DNA from: Chiloscyllium plagiosum
Lineage: Eukaryota
Reading direction: 5' to 3'
DNA length: 64,000 bases
Assembly (NCBI RefSeq): GCF_004010195.1
Contig: NC_057735.1
Coordinates: 11,349,577 to 11,413,576 of the forward strand
Part shown: positions 13,179 through 25,265 of the stretch, in pieces
Layout of the letters: each line of letters starts with the position of its first letter
Numbering within the stretch: the stretch's first letter is position 1
Notes under the pieces: model-generated
What the model was told of the DNA's origin: nothing
Seen by the model: only the letters and a program-made list of their open reading frames with translations
The model's database searches: none
Position numbers and translations under genes: made by a program

Positions 13179-14599
13179 TCTCTGGACTGTGGGAGGAAAC
13201 TGGAGTTCCCGATGGAAACCCACGCAGACAGGGGTGGACGTGCAAACACCACGCAGTTATCCGAGGCTGGAGTAGAACCCAGATCAATGGCACTGTGAGG
13301 CAGCAGTGATAGCCATAGTGCTACTGTCCTGCTGAGAACCAGGGGGCATAGTCACAGAAGAAATGGGGGTGAATTTAAGTCTGAGATCTTCTGTCAGAGG
13401 GTTGTGAGTCTTTAGAACTCCTTGGTGCAGAAAGCAGTGGGGGCAGAGTACTTGTGTATATTTAAGGCGAAAATAGATCGATTCTTGATCAGTCGGGGAA
13501 TCAAGAGCTATGGAGAAAGGGCTGGAAAGTGGATATGAGGAATGTTAGATCAGCAATGATGCTATTGAATGGTGGAGCAGGCTCAAATGGCCTCTTCCTA
13601 TTTCGTCTGGTGTTAAGGTCTTAATAGAGTACCTTAAATGGACAACTGGTAAAAATGTAGTGCAGCCAAAGCAGGAAACTAGGAGCGATGGGTAGAAAAA
13701 CAGTAAAAATGACAATAATAGCTGGAAATGAATGTACCAGTCCTACCAGACTTCCATTTGGAAACATGCAACATGCGCTGACTAGTGCACATCACTTACC
13801 ATTTTCATTAGTCTTTACTTCTAGATGGAAATTAATATCCACTAAAAGGCCTCATCCCATTGCTGTCTAGATTTACCTATTGGGTGGGAGAGGTGCACAA
13901 CAGGGACCAGCTGGCATTTTCTCCCTGGCTGGGTATTGGCAGGCAGAGGGTATCCCTCAAATAAAAGCGAATTACAACAGAAATCTGAAACGGGCACAGA
14001 TAATGCTGGAGAAACTCAGTATGTCTGGCAAATCTGTCGAGAGAGAAACATTGTTGATGTTTCAAGTGTGTTACAGCTCCTCCTCAGACCCTTACAAGCT
14101 CGTGGCGGGGATGAGGGGGGGCATCCATTCTAATACTGCTTCAGGACTTTCTCTAATGCTGCTCTGGGTCACAAACTGCTGAAAACTCCTGGACACATGG
14201 TAGAAATATTATCAGGAAAATACAACTGCTGCTTGTCAACTTACTCCCTTGATATGGAGAGTCCTGCAGGTGGAATGGTGATTTGTAAGAATAATGAAAA
14301 CTCTATCTCTTCTCCACCTTGGAACTCTCAACTCCAAGATTCCTCCCTCTTTTTTCTGATGCTCATCTATTATGCATGTTTCCAAGCTAGGCCAGATCTA
14401 GGTTCTGAAGCTTAGGCCTCTTCTTAGTTGGAAACAACTTTGAAGGGGAGATATATGGCCTGTAAATATGCAACCTGATCAATTGCTAAGATATCTTTAT
14501 GGAGTCAAACAGTTAAAGCAAGGCCCTTCAACCCATTGAATTCTCATATTTTAAACCGTGAAGGAAGCTATGCCAATTCTTGTCATTCTAATCAAACCT

Positions 14600-16445
14600 T
14601 TGCAACATGTGAGTCAGGAAGGCAAAAACAGGACACGAGATAGCTTTGGCAAATAGAGTTGAGGAGAATCCAAAAAGATTCTAGAAGTACATTAAGGGCA
14701 AAAGAGTAACTAAGGAGACAAAAGGCCCCATAAAGATCAAAGTGGCCTCCTATGTGTGGAACCACAGGAGATGGTTGAGATAATTAATGTGCAGAAGGAC
14801 ACGGAAACTGGGAACTTGGGAAAATAAACAGTGATCTCTTGAAAAGTGTTCATATTACAGAAGAGGAGATGCAGGAGGTCGTACAACACACAAAGATAGA
14901 TAAATTCCTAGGAACCGATCAGGTTTCCCAGAACTTTGTGGGAAGCTAGGGCAGAGATTGCTGGGCCACTTGCTGAGACATTTATATCATCAATATCCAT
15001 GGGTGAGGTACCAGAAGACTGGAGGTTGACTAATGTGGTGCCATTATTTAAGAAAGGCTGCAAGGAAAAGTTAGGGAACTATAGACCAGTGAGCCTTACA
15101 TCAATGGTGGGTTAGTTGTTGGAGGTGATTCTGAGGGATAGAATTCACATGCACTTGGAAAGGCAAAGATTGATTAGGGATAGTCATTGTGGCTTTATGT
15201 GTGGGAAATCATGTCTCACTAACTTGGTTGAGTTTCTCAAAGAGGGTGACAAAGATGATTGATGAAGGCAAAGCAGTAAACATTGTCTATAGAGTCTTCA
15301 GCAAAGTGTTCAATAAGGTTCCACATGGTAGATTGGTAAACAAGGTTAGATCACATGGGATCAGGAGGTGTTATCCAATTGGATACAAAAATGGCTTGAA
15401 GGTAGGAGACAGAGGGTGGTGATAGAGGGTTGCTTTTTGGACTGGAAGCTTGTGACCAGCAGTGAGCCATAAAGATTGGTGCTGGCTTCACTGCTTTTTG
15501 TCATTTATATATTTGATTTGGATAAGAATATTAAGGTATGGTTCATAAGCTTGCAGATGATATGAAAATAGATGGTGTAATAGACAGTGAAGAAGGTTAT
15601 CTCAGAGTACAGTTGGGACGTTGATCAGACAGGCCAATGGGCTGAGGTGTGGCAGATGGAATTTAATTTAGATAAATGTGAGGTGTGACATTATGGTAAG
15701 GCAAATTCAGGCAGGACTTATACAGCTAATGGTAGGGCCCTAGGGAGTGTTGCCAACCAAGGAGACCCAGGGGTGCAGATGCTTATTTCCTTGAAAGTGG
15801 AGTCACAGGTAGACAGGGTGGTGAAGGGGTTGTTTGCCATGCTTGCCCTCATTGGTCATAACATTAGCATAGGAGCTGTGATGTCATGTTGCGGCTGTAC
15901 AAGACATTGGTGAGGCCGTTTTTTGAAAACCTCATACAACTCTTTAATAAGAAAGATGTTAAAGTTGAGAGGGTGCAGAAAAGATTTATAAGGATGTTGC
16001 CAGAAATGGACAGTTTTATTTACAAGGAGAGGATGGGGTTATTTTTCCTGGAGCATCAGGTGCTGAAAGGTAACCATATAGAGGTTTATAAAATCATGAC
16101 AGGCATGGATAGGATAAATAACCAAAGTCTTTTTCCCAGGGTAGGGGAGTCCAAAACTAGAAGACATAAGTTTAAGGTCAGAGGGGGAAAGATTTTAAAA
16201 AGGATCTGAAAGATGACTTTTTCACGCATAGCGTGGGTGCATGCATGGAATGACCTGTCAAAGGAAATACAATTACAATATTTAAAAGGTATCAGGATGA
16301 GTTTATGAATAGGAAGATTTTAAAGGGATATAGGCCAAATGCTGGCAAATGGGCGGAGGTCAGATTGAGATGTCTGATCTGTGCTGACAAGTTGGATGGA
16401 AGAGTAGGGTCTGTTTCCATGCTGCATAAATCTATGATTCTATGA
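14600..16445 (+). mobile_element. Degenerate CR1 LINE RT and 3' end
   Basis: ORFs 15189-15422 and 15886-16209 (FSKVFNKVPHGRLV; RLYKTLVRP; ERVQKRFIRMLP); ctatgattctatga tail. Confidence 0.9.
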
Positions 16446-16863
16446 CTTGAACTCTGACTCCTGGTCCAGAGGCAGGGCGTTACCACTGCACCACAAGATC
16501 CTAGCAATGGACAGTAACTGATATTTTCCTCATATGTGGATGCCCAAACTTTAACATGGTTTCTGCCCATTCTTTGAACCAGGGACTCTCTTCATGCAAA
16601 GCAACCATGATGGCCACTTGTTCAGGAACCCTTGATATAATAGCAGCACTGAAATGGTTAATATTCTTTCCAAAAACAAAGTTAATAATTAACACAAGGA
16701 ACAGTTTCCCTGTCTATTTACTGATAAGAGTTTTACAGCAAGCACCTTTTTTAAACTAAAAAAAATGCTAATTTATACCTGACCTTTCCATTTATGTGCT
16801 TTTATGATGAATTGACTCATTCCTTCACTCTCCTCAATCATATCACAAACACTTTATCTTCAG

Positions 16864-17055
16864 TTATCAAAGGAGTTGGAAGAAGGAGTTACGTATGCCA
16901 CGGTGACGATTCAGCCCAATAATAACCCTCAAGAGGACTCTGCTGCTCACGAGAAGGTGAGAACCTCCAACAGTCAGGAAGCAATCAAGCCAGCTGTTGC
17001 CGAGCCTCCTGCTTCAGAACCAATAGAGTATTCGACAATTGTATTCAAAAAGTAA
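16864..17055 (+). CDS. Gene 1 terminal coding exon with two ITIMs (VTYATV, IEYSTI)
   Basis: Acceptor actttatcttcag, phase 0. Reads LSKELEEGVTYATVTIQPNNNPQEDSAAHEKVRTSNSQEAIKPAVAEPPASEPIEYSTIVFKK, then TAA at 17053-17055. ITIMs at 16888-16905 and 17023-17040. Confidence 0.9.
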   Translation, partial: LSKELEEGVTYATVTIQPNNNPQEDSAAHEKVRTSNSQEAIKPAVAEPPASEPIEYSTIVFKK

Positions 17056-17652
17056 TGTTCTTTCAACATGACATCTGCAAGCTACTTTCCACCCATTTTC
17101 TGAAAAGCGATATTCCTATGAATTGTAAATTGTTCCTTCGGGTATAGTATAAATAGACTTATCATGTCCTATTAGTGAATACTGGAATAATCCCAGGCAA
17201 TATTCCTGAACTTTTCTGATACTTGCCAATGGCATGAATCCTTCCCCTCAGATGACCTTTGTGCCTCACTATCTACCTTAGTTCCTCAAGTTGGAGGGTT
17301 GTTTGGGGTGGGTGGGGAAGTGAGCTAGTGGGTGAGTTGTTGCCCAGGGCAAGGAAGCAGAATATTAAATTTAGAATTGGGAATTTCTGAGCTAATGCTC
17401 TTTTCTTTCATTTCTTTTCAAGGAAGCAGTTCTTTAAATGAAGTAGGGGCCGTGGGGATAGAAATCTGGAACTATATCTCCCAAAAGGGTATTGAAGTGG
17501 AGGTCAATCCAAACACTCACATTTAAGACTGATAGTTTTTTTTATTCAGAAAAGATATAAAGGTGTAATTTTGTCCTGACTCACATGCAGGCAAATGAAT
17601 ATTCTTTGAAATGTTTAACAAGTTAGCATAAAAAGCATTATTGTGAACTGAT

Positions 17653-17658
17653 AATAAA
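17653..17658 (+). terminator. Candidate polyadenylation signal of gene 1
   Basis: AATAAA about 600 nt after the stop codon. ATTAAA variants also occur nearby, so the site actually used is uncertain. Confidence 0.3.
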
Positions 17659-18710
17659 TATGGAGAATCAGGTTAGTTCCATGTAATGTTTTAATCAGGG
17701 GAAGTTAATGGAGCTAAGATACAGTTCACCATGATTCAATTGAATGGCACAGCAGGTTAGAGGGATTAAATGGCCTATCATGTTCCTCTAAACACATAAC
17801 CATGACCTGTGTGCCTGCTGAACTTAACCAGCAATGTTCCCTCGAAACTGTCTGAGCATATGGCTGCAGAAAAATCTCAAAGGGCTGCATTCTACATTGA
17901 AAAATGAGAGAGAGCCAATGCCAAGGCAGTTATCCTCACTCTGGTAAAATGCTGGCCATTTTTTCAAAGCCAGGAGAAAACAAAAAAAAAAGGGCAAGTC
18001 CTTCATATTAGTGATGAATGGATGTGTGAACCAGAGATGTTGATGGGATAAACTTATATTCTTATGTCCCATGACTGTCATATTCGAACACATAAAGCAC
18101 CGGAACAAGGCAAGTTATTGTACACAACTGTAATTTCTTCCTTACTATTCACTATGTAGGGGTAAAATAATACAAAGGTGATCTTTGAAGTTTTTAACAA
18201 TTCTGTGTGAAGTGGCAATAATTCTTTCTGTAGCAATTCATACAAAATTATTGCTGTCAAACAGCGTTATTCACAATAATTCACTTTTATCATGTAATAT
18301 CATTAAAACTGCTGCTGGTGCGTGTCTGATTTTATGTAATGCTGATAGCATGTAACAAATGGAGTCCTCTTATCAACGTTACATTTTGTTTTGAAGATAC
18401 TGAGTGTTGACCATTATTTAACAAAATGCAGCTATGATCAACTTGTGCTTGGCTCTTGTTCCACTCAATAATACTGCATGACCAGAAGTAGTGCTAATGC
18501 CATTCCAAAATATTACAGTTGGAACTGACTGATGTTAACTTCACTCTAGAGTAGTGTGATTGGAACTGACTGATATTGAAATCACTCTCGAATGGTGCAT
18601 TTAGGACTGACTGATGTTGAAACTATTCTCGAGTAGTATAATTGTGATTGACTGATGTTAACTTTACACTAGAATGGTGTAATATGAACTGAGTGATGTT
18701 ACCATTACTG

Positions 18711-18977
18711 TAAAAATCACACAACACCAGGATATAGTCCAAAAGGTTAATTCGAAAGTACAAGCTTTCAGACCACAGCTCCTTCCTCATTCCCATTGCC
18801 CCACTATAAATTGCTATAAATTTTGTGACTTATGATCCTGGTCCACAGCTACCTGATGCAGGAGTAGTGCTCCAAAACCTTATACCTCCAAATAACCTGT
18901 TGGACTACAACCTGGTATTGTGTGATTTTTAACTTTGTCCACCCCAGTCCAACATTGGCACCTCCACATCATGGCTA
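18711..18977. repeat. Third-family fold-back element inside the 41-bp minisatellite
   Basis: aaaaatcacacaacaccaggatatagtccaa ... ttggactacaacctggtattgtgtgattttt inverted arms; degenerate core cctgatgcaggagtagtgctccaaaa at ~18852-18878. Confidence 0.6.
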
Positions 18978-19039
18978 CCATTACTCTAGAGTAGTGCAAT
19001 CAGGACTGAGTGATGTTATCATTCCTCTAGAATGGTGTA

Positions 19040-19513
19040 CAGAGGAACCTTGATTATTCGAATGTCAATTATCCCAATTTCAGATTATCCAAACAAGAAA
19101 ATGGGCGGCACGGTGGCACAGTGGTTAGCACTGCTGCCTCATACCGCCAGAGACCCGGGTTCAATTCCCACCTCAGGCGACTGACTGTGTGGAGTTTGCA
19201 CATTCTCTGCGTGGGTTTCCTCCGGGTGCTCCGGTTTCCTCCCACAGTCCAAAGATGTGCAGGTCAGGTGAATTGGCCATGCGAAATTCCCGATAGTGTT
19301 AGGTAAGGGGTAAATGTAGGCGTATGGGTGGGTTCCGCTTCGGTGGGTCGGTGTGGACTTGTTGGGCCGAAGGGCCTGTTTCCACACTGTAAGTAATCTA
19401 ATCTAATCTAATCTCAAGGTCCCGAAGCTTGGGTAAACTGTATTATCCAAACATTCAATTATCCAAACAAAATACTTCCCACCCAAGTTGTTCCGATAAT
19501 CGAGGTTCCTCTG
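19040..19513. mobile_element. Tc1/mariner-pogo-type MITE carrying an HE1 SINE
   Basis: TIRs CAGAGGAACCTTGATTAT and ATAATCGAGGTTCCTCTG, with TA on both sides (19038-19039 and 19514-19515). Confidence 0.8.
19103..19414 (+). mobile_element. HE1-type V-SINE, full length
   Basis: A and B boxes, V-domain, (TAATC)n tail; highly similar to 10558-10874. Confidence 0.9.
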
Positions 19514-22439
19514 TAATTGGGACAGAGTTAACCACAGTCTAGAATGGTGTAATATGAACTGAGTGATGTTAACTTTACTCTAGAATGGGACTGAGTGATG
19601 ATAAAAATCACTCTGGATTACTGAAATTGGGACTAAATTATGTTAACATTACACTCGATTATTGCAATTGGAACTGACTGATGTTGAATGCACTTTGGAT
19701 TTGCACAATTAGGACTGACTAATGTTTAACATTACTCATAAATATTTTAACTGGGGCTAAGTAATGTTAAAATCATCTTGATTGCTGAAATTGGGAATCC
19801 CACCAAATATCAGAAAAAGAACATTGGATGAATTCCTGTGACAACAGTGAAATTCCAGTATCAATATTGTTGCCACACCAGTGCCATTCCCATTTGTAAA
19901 ACCTTATTTTAGACTCGATGACATTGATTTTTCTGATATAAAGTTTTGCTCAGTTTGTGCTTTAAATCCACATCTGAATGGGAAAAAATGGATTAATTGA
20001 CACTTTGATCATAACAGACATCTGTGAGACAAAATCTTGAACATTCATGAAATATTTGTTTTCCTGAACTATTATTTAAAGAATCATAAGAATATGAACT
20101 TTGTTAGCGCATTAAGTGACTCAGACAAATAATCTGGATACCTTTAAGGAAATGTTAGACAAATGAATGATGCAAAAAAGGGAATAGAAGCCTGTGTCAA
20201 TAAGGTGAAATGCAACTAATCAGAGTGGGATGAGATTCACATGGAGTGAAACTGCCTGTTTTGGTTTCTAAACTCTATGCAATACTAACAGATTCATTGG
20301 CAAAATCAAAATTCTAATTCGCACATGATTAATTTTTAACATTAAACAATATTTTTCAGATTAGCTTTAAGGTGTAAACCCTGAAAAAATGTAACAAAGT
20401 TAAATTTTCTTAACTTATTTAGGATAGAAAATTAATTTCCCCACAATTCAACATCATATACTGTGCATATACATCTGTGTCTATTTATATATTTAAGGCA
20501 GCAACCATGAAGGATGAACCAGTTCAGGATTACCTTTGAGTAAGGTTAGTGATTAGTCTTGGCAACAACTGATGAAGATACCAAAGGCTTGAATTTTGCG
20601 ATAGTAATACTGGCAAATCTGTCAGCTTTCTGCATCGTTACTGCCTTGAAACTTGCAACAAATTCGGAGTCCACACATGCACAGAGTAACACAGAAATCC
20701 AGAAATCATCGCTAATGATTCTATGCTTCTCCATGAGATGTGCTGCTTATCTGCCCCAGTGTATAATCTCTCAGTTATCAGCTAAATGAGATGTTGGCCT
20801 CTCTGTAAAAACCTAACTAAGTTACATCTTGTTTTGTGAGAAGTAACTGGGTTTTAAACAAGGGTATTGACATTGTAACTCTTGCTAAACACCATCACTG
20901 GCCCTTTTAAAGCCAATTTTAAATTTGTGGAAAGTCAAATTTTCAGTAGACAACAAATGATAGCTTTAAGTTTTATAATAGTGACATTTAAATATCTGTC
21001 AAAATCCAATATTAATAATTTATTTCACTGTCTAAACATTTGAAATAAAAATTAAGTGATTTAGTGCTTTTAATTTCCTGGGTTTCTATGTGTGAGAATA
21101 TATCTATATGATTGGCTGGCCTGACAAAGGGCTTTTGCCCAACACGTCAATTCTCCTGCTCTTTGGATGCTGCCTGACCTGCTGTGCTTTTCCAGCACCA
21201 CACTCTCGACTCAAATCTCCAGCATCTGCAGTCCTCACTTTCACCATGTCTACTCTGCTTTCTGACACTGCTGTTGCATTCTTGGAGATTCCTTTGACCT
21301 GAAGTCATGTTCAACTTGTCTTTGGGAAAGGGGAAGTCCACAATACAAAGCATGGGAATTTTTTCTTAATGGTTAACCAATATCCGGTGGCATTATTTTG
21401 CCACTGAATGCAAAATCTAGCCCAATGTCATTAACACGATGTCGCCAACTGGTATAATTGGAGTGTGCCAATATTCAAGAACCCATGGCCTACTGGCAGC
21501 TATACGTCACTACTAAATAGAATTTGCTTTTACTTTATTGTCTTGCTGTCAACAATCCTTCACCCTACTGAAGTCAATAATTACTGAGCTGAACTTATTT
21601 CAAATCTTACATGTGACTGTAGTATTGCAAAAAATAAACAAGTGTGGTGTCAAGTACACAATCAGCTAGAGGCTGAGAATGAAGTGAATATTCATAATTT
21701 ATTATCCAGCAATACTAAGGCTGAACATATTCTTCACCTTTAACTCTGATCATTTTAACAGGATGGATAAACAGGAGAATGAGGTGATATGTTAGAAATA
21801 TGCTATGGGAGATAATGAAGTGTGTGCTATACTGCAAAATGTGTTTTGAAGTAATGAAAAATTGTTCCCAGATACATAAACAAAATTAAAGACTGCAACT
21901 GTACAAATGGAAGTTTGGAGTTCTGTTTGTTTTGTCAATCTTAAAGCAGAACTGTATACAAATTCAAAGGATTTGCTTAGAAATGTCTTCTATAACAATT
22001 TATGACTTTTGAAGTAAGATGGTTAAACTCAACAGACTTAGTAAGGCATAAACAATTTAGCAGATGTATTTACCGAGGTACTAATAGCACATTAATACAT
22101 TTTTTATTTAAATATATAGTAGGTGAGGGATTGCTAACTCACAGATACCTGTTTCTTTACATATTTGTGTGATGTCTTTATTACTTGTTGAAATTACTGC
22201 ATTGTTTCTTTATGACATTAAAACTTTACAAACACCTGCTGTGAGTGTGTGCCTTTTAACTTTACCTTCCAAGCATACTGAGATGTAACAGTGATTCAGA
22301 TTATGCAGGTACTGGATGTGATTGGATCTGTGAAACACGGGCGACAGATGTAACTGAGCAAATATTAGAATATCACCTGATACGACAAAGTCTGAAACCA
22401 CTAAAAACATAACATGACATTTGCAGCAGTACCTTGTGT

Positions 22440-22604
22440 AACAGATAACCTTGCAAAGGCTTTTGCGCAACCTATGGCAAACATTTCATTATTGCTAAGT
22501 CCATGAATTCTGTCTATCAGATAGGAAGGAGATTACAGTTTCTGATTAAAACCAGACCGCACATAGGGCATTCTGTCCACAATATTGGCCAGACCTTTTC
22601 AATC
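22440..22604 (+). promoter_or_regulatory. Putative proximal promoter of gene 2 with haematopoietic factor motifs
   Basis: AGATAA 22443-22448, C/EBP palindrome TTGCGCAA 22463-22470, inverted GATA pair CTATCAGATAG running into ETS AGGAAG (~22514-22528) and RUNX ACCGCA 22556-22561, all just upstream of the leader ATG. Confidence 0.45.
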
Positions 22605-22653
22605 ATGAAAATAATTGAATTTATTGTCATCCTAATTGCAGTTTCATTATCAG
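22605..22653 (+). CDS. Gene 2 signal-peptide (leader) exon MKIIEFIVILIAVSLS(G)
   Basis: ATG in aatcATGa context, hydrophobic core, strong phase-1 donor CAG|gtaagc. Splicing to 40628 gives MKIIEFIVILIAVSLSGSYG-VMAPNEV, a plausible cleavable signal peptide. Confidence 0.8.
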
Positions 22654-24359
22654 GTAAGCAAACAAATAGACTGAATCCAAATTGGAGATGTTACTTTATT
22701 AAATTTCTGTTTTAAATGCTATTTGGATTTGACAGAACATGTAATGTGTTATTGCCTGTAGCTAAATAGTAATGTGTGCATAAATCTTGATGCTTTCTAT
22801 AAAGTTTGATTTTCACAATACAGGAAGATATTCAGTAGATGGGAGAATATCATGCATATTAACAATTTGTTGTAGAAATGACAGTAATATTGGAACATTA
22901 GTGATTAAGATGTAATGAGAGTTCTCACTCAGAATATTGGGTTAATACAATTGTTAAAATAACTTTGAGAATGTGGTCAGCATTTACCAATTGCAAGTCA
23001 AAGACTCATTTCACAGAATTGTCACAGTGCAGATGGGGGCTTTTTTCTGGCTTTCTCGCCAAGGAGTTTATGGTCTATTATCTGTCAGCTTTATTCAGCA
23101 TGTCACTTAGTTTTTCTGTGAAAAATCTAATTAATGTGGTCATTACAAACTTTCTAAATCAACTACTGTTAAATCAAAAAGCCTTCTCATCTAATTTTTT
23201 AATGGTCTCTGCTTTCAAAGATTCTGCTGAATCTTCCCATTTCAGGAGGGATTGTAGGGGTTTTAAATGCAGCAGTTGATATGGTTCCATGGTATTTGAC
23301 TGCCAAGGGAGCAGGAAAATTTGGAATTTGGGTCAGGTTCTTGTTGCTCCAGCTTTTGCCACATGAGTGGAAAGCTCTGAGGGTCATCGGACCCAAAACA
23401 TTAACTCTGATTTCTCTTCACAGATGCTGCTAGACCCGCTGAGCTTTTCCAGCAATTTCTGTTTTTGTTTGAGAGGAACATTGAAGTTTGTCAGGAGGGG
23501 CAGAGCATTGAGCAGATCCTGTACCCGACCCTTCAAAGCGGGCCATCTCAGACGAAGATGTGACTGGTAACATGAACACATCTTTCCCAGCATTTTCCAA
23601 GCCCATGACCTCCATTATTTTGGAGGACAAAGACAGCAAAAGCAGGGGAACACCACTACCTGTAAGTTCTTCTCCTAGCCACACATTATTCTGACTTGGA
23701 GCAGTATTGCTGTTCCTTCAATGCTTCTGGGTCAAAATCCTGGATGTTCCTTCCTAACTGCTCTGCATGTGTACCCCTGTAGACTGAGGCAGTTCAGGAA
23801 GGCAGCTCACCACCACTGTCTCAATAGCAATTAGGGATGGGTAAGCAATGTGCTCCAGCAAGCTATATCTGCATCCCATCAAAGGATAATATAAAGAACC
23901 TACTACCGATGCTGCAATGTGTTATTTGAAGCAGAGCTGTTTTTCTGGAAGGTAGGGAAGAGAGTCATCAGTTGGCTAAGCTGCTGCAAGGAAAAGTGGG
24001 AAAGGAGATTACTCCTCAGATTTTATCTCCTGGGTCCAGGAATGTACTCTGCAGTTCAACAACAATGTCACAGTTTCCAGCCTTTCCTCCAATAAGATAC
24101 CCCAATTGGGTTGATAGAGACACAACACCCAACTATTCTGTGTAGTGTTGCTGGCCCATGGAATTCCAATGGTATCAAAGATATCACTAACAGGCTTTTG
24201 TTACAATGGAGGAAAGAAACTACATATTTTCAGCCCCAGTGATCTGGTACACAACAAATAAATGAAACCATTGGCAGATTATTGATAAATACACAAGCAT
24301 TTAGCAAATGACAATTAGCAATTTGATTTTAAATTGACCATATGCTTTAATAAAGTTCA

Positions 24360-24560
24360 AACGTGTGATGCTGGAAAAGAACAGCCGGTCAGGCAGCATC
24401 CGAGGAGCAAGAGAGTCAACATTTCGAGCATAAGCTCTTTAACAGGAAACTTGAAATGTCAACTCTCCTGCTCCTCGGATGCTGCTTGACCAGCTGCGCT
24501 TTTCCAGCACCACACTTACTGACTCTGACCTCCAGCATCTGCAGTCCTCACTTTCTCTGA
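24360..24560. repeat. Short fold-back repeat (PLE-terminus derived)
   Basis: Inverted arms of the family seen at 1-370. Other copies at 9975-10065, 21118-21245, 36930-37117 and 42430-42540. Confidence 0.7.
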
Positions 24561-25034
24561 TATGCTTTAATAGCACAGTCAGAAACTATTACAGCCAACT
24601 TTCACACAAAAAAAATGTACTAATAAGGAGCCATTGTCCACAAAGGGCTATAGACATCTCTTTCCATTGGAGAGATAAAATTGGTTATGCATGGTTAGGG
24701 CTGAGGAGACTGAAGGAAGACAGAATTGAGATGTATAAAATTATTAGTGGCATTGATGTGGTGGACAGGAAGGAACTTCTCCCCTTGGTAGAAGACCTGG
24801 GGCATAAATTTAAGGCATGGAGCAGGAGGTTCAAAGGAAATGTGAGGAATCTTTTTTCACCTAGAGGGTAGCGGGAAGTGAGAACTCACAGCCTGTAAAG
24901 GTAGTGGAAACAAAACCCTCATATCATTTAAGAAGTATTTAGATATGCACTTGTGATGCCAAGGCATACAAGACTATGAGCTAAATGGAATAAGAATACT
25001 TTATGGCTTGTGCAGACCCAATGAGTTGAAGCAA

Positions 25035-25265
25035 ATTCAGAAATTGCTGAAAAAACTCAGCAGGTATGGCAGCAGGTATGTAGAGAGAAATCAGAGTTAA
25101 TGTTTTGGTTCTGGTGACACTGCTTCAGAATTGGAGTGGTTCTGAAGAAGGGTTACCAGACTTAAAATGTTGACTCTGCTTTCTCTCCACAGATGCTGCC
25201 AGACTTGCTGAGGTTTTCCAGCAAGTTCTGATTTTTTTTTCTCACTTTCAGCATCCACTGTTCTT
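25035..25265. repeat. Short fold-back repeat inserted in a CR1 3' end
   Basis: Inverted arms with degenerate CTGAAGAAGGGTT core at ~25142. CR1 sequence on both sides (24690-25030 and 25280-25330). Confidence 0.7.

Larger units (their letters stand above)
10130..13620 (+). mobile_element. Older CR1 3' fragment (10130-10337 and 13335-13620) hosting a minus-strand HE1 SINE (10340-10522 and 13178-13330)
   Basis: The CR1 sequence resumes across the nest (...gaatct / agaaccagggggcatagt...). The SINE halves join as ...cacatc / tggactgtgggaggaaac.... Confidence 0.7.
18515..19795. repeat. Diverged 41-bp minisatellite interrupted by nested elements
   Basis: Unit ~ggaactgactgatgttaacttcactctagagtagtgtgatt, with starts at 18521, 18562 and 18603; it resumes after each insertion. 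Confidence 0.85.
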
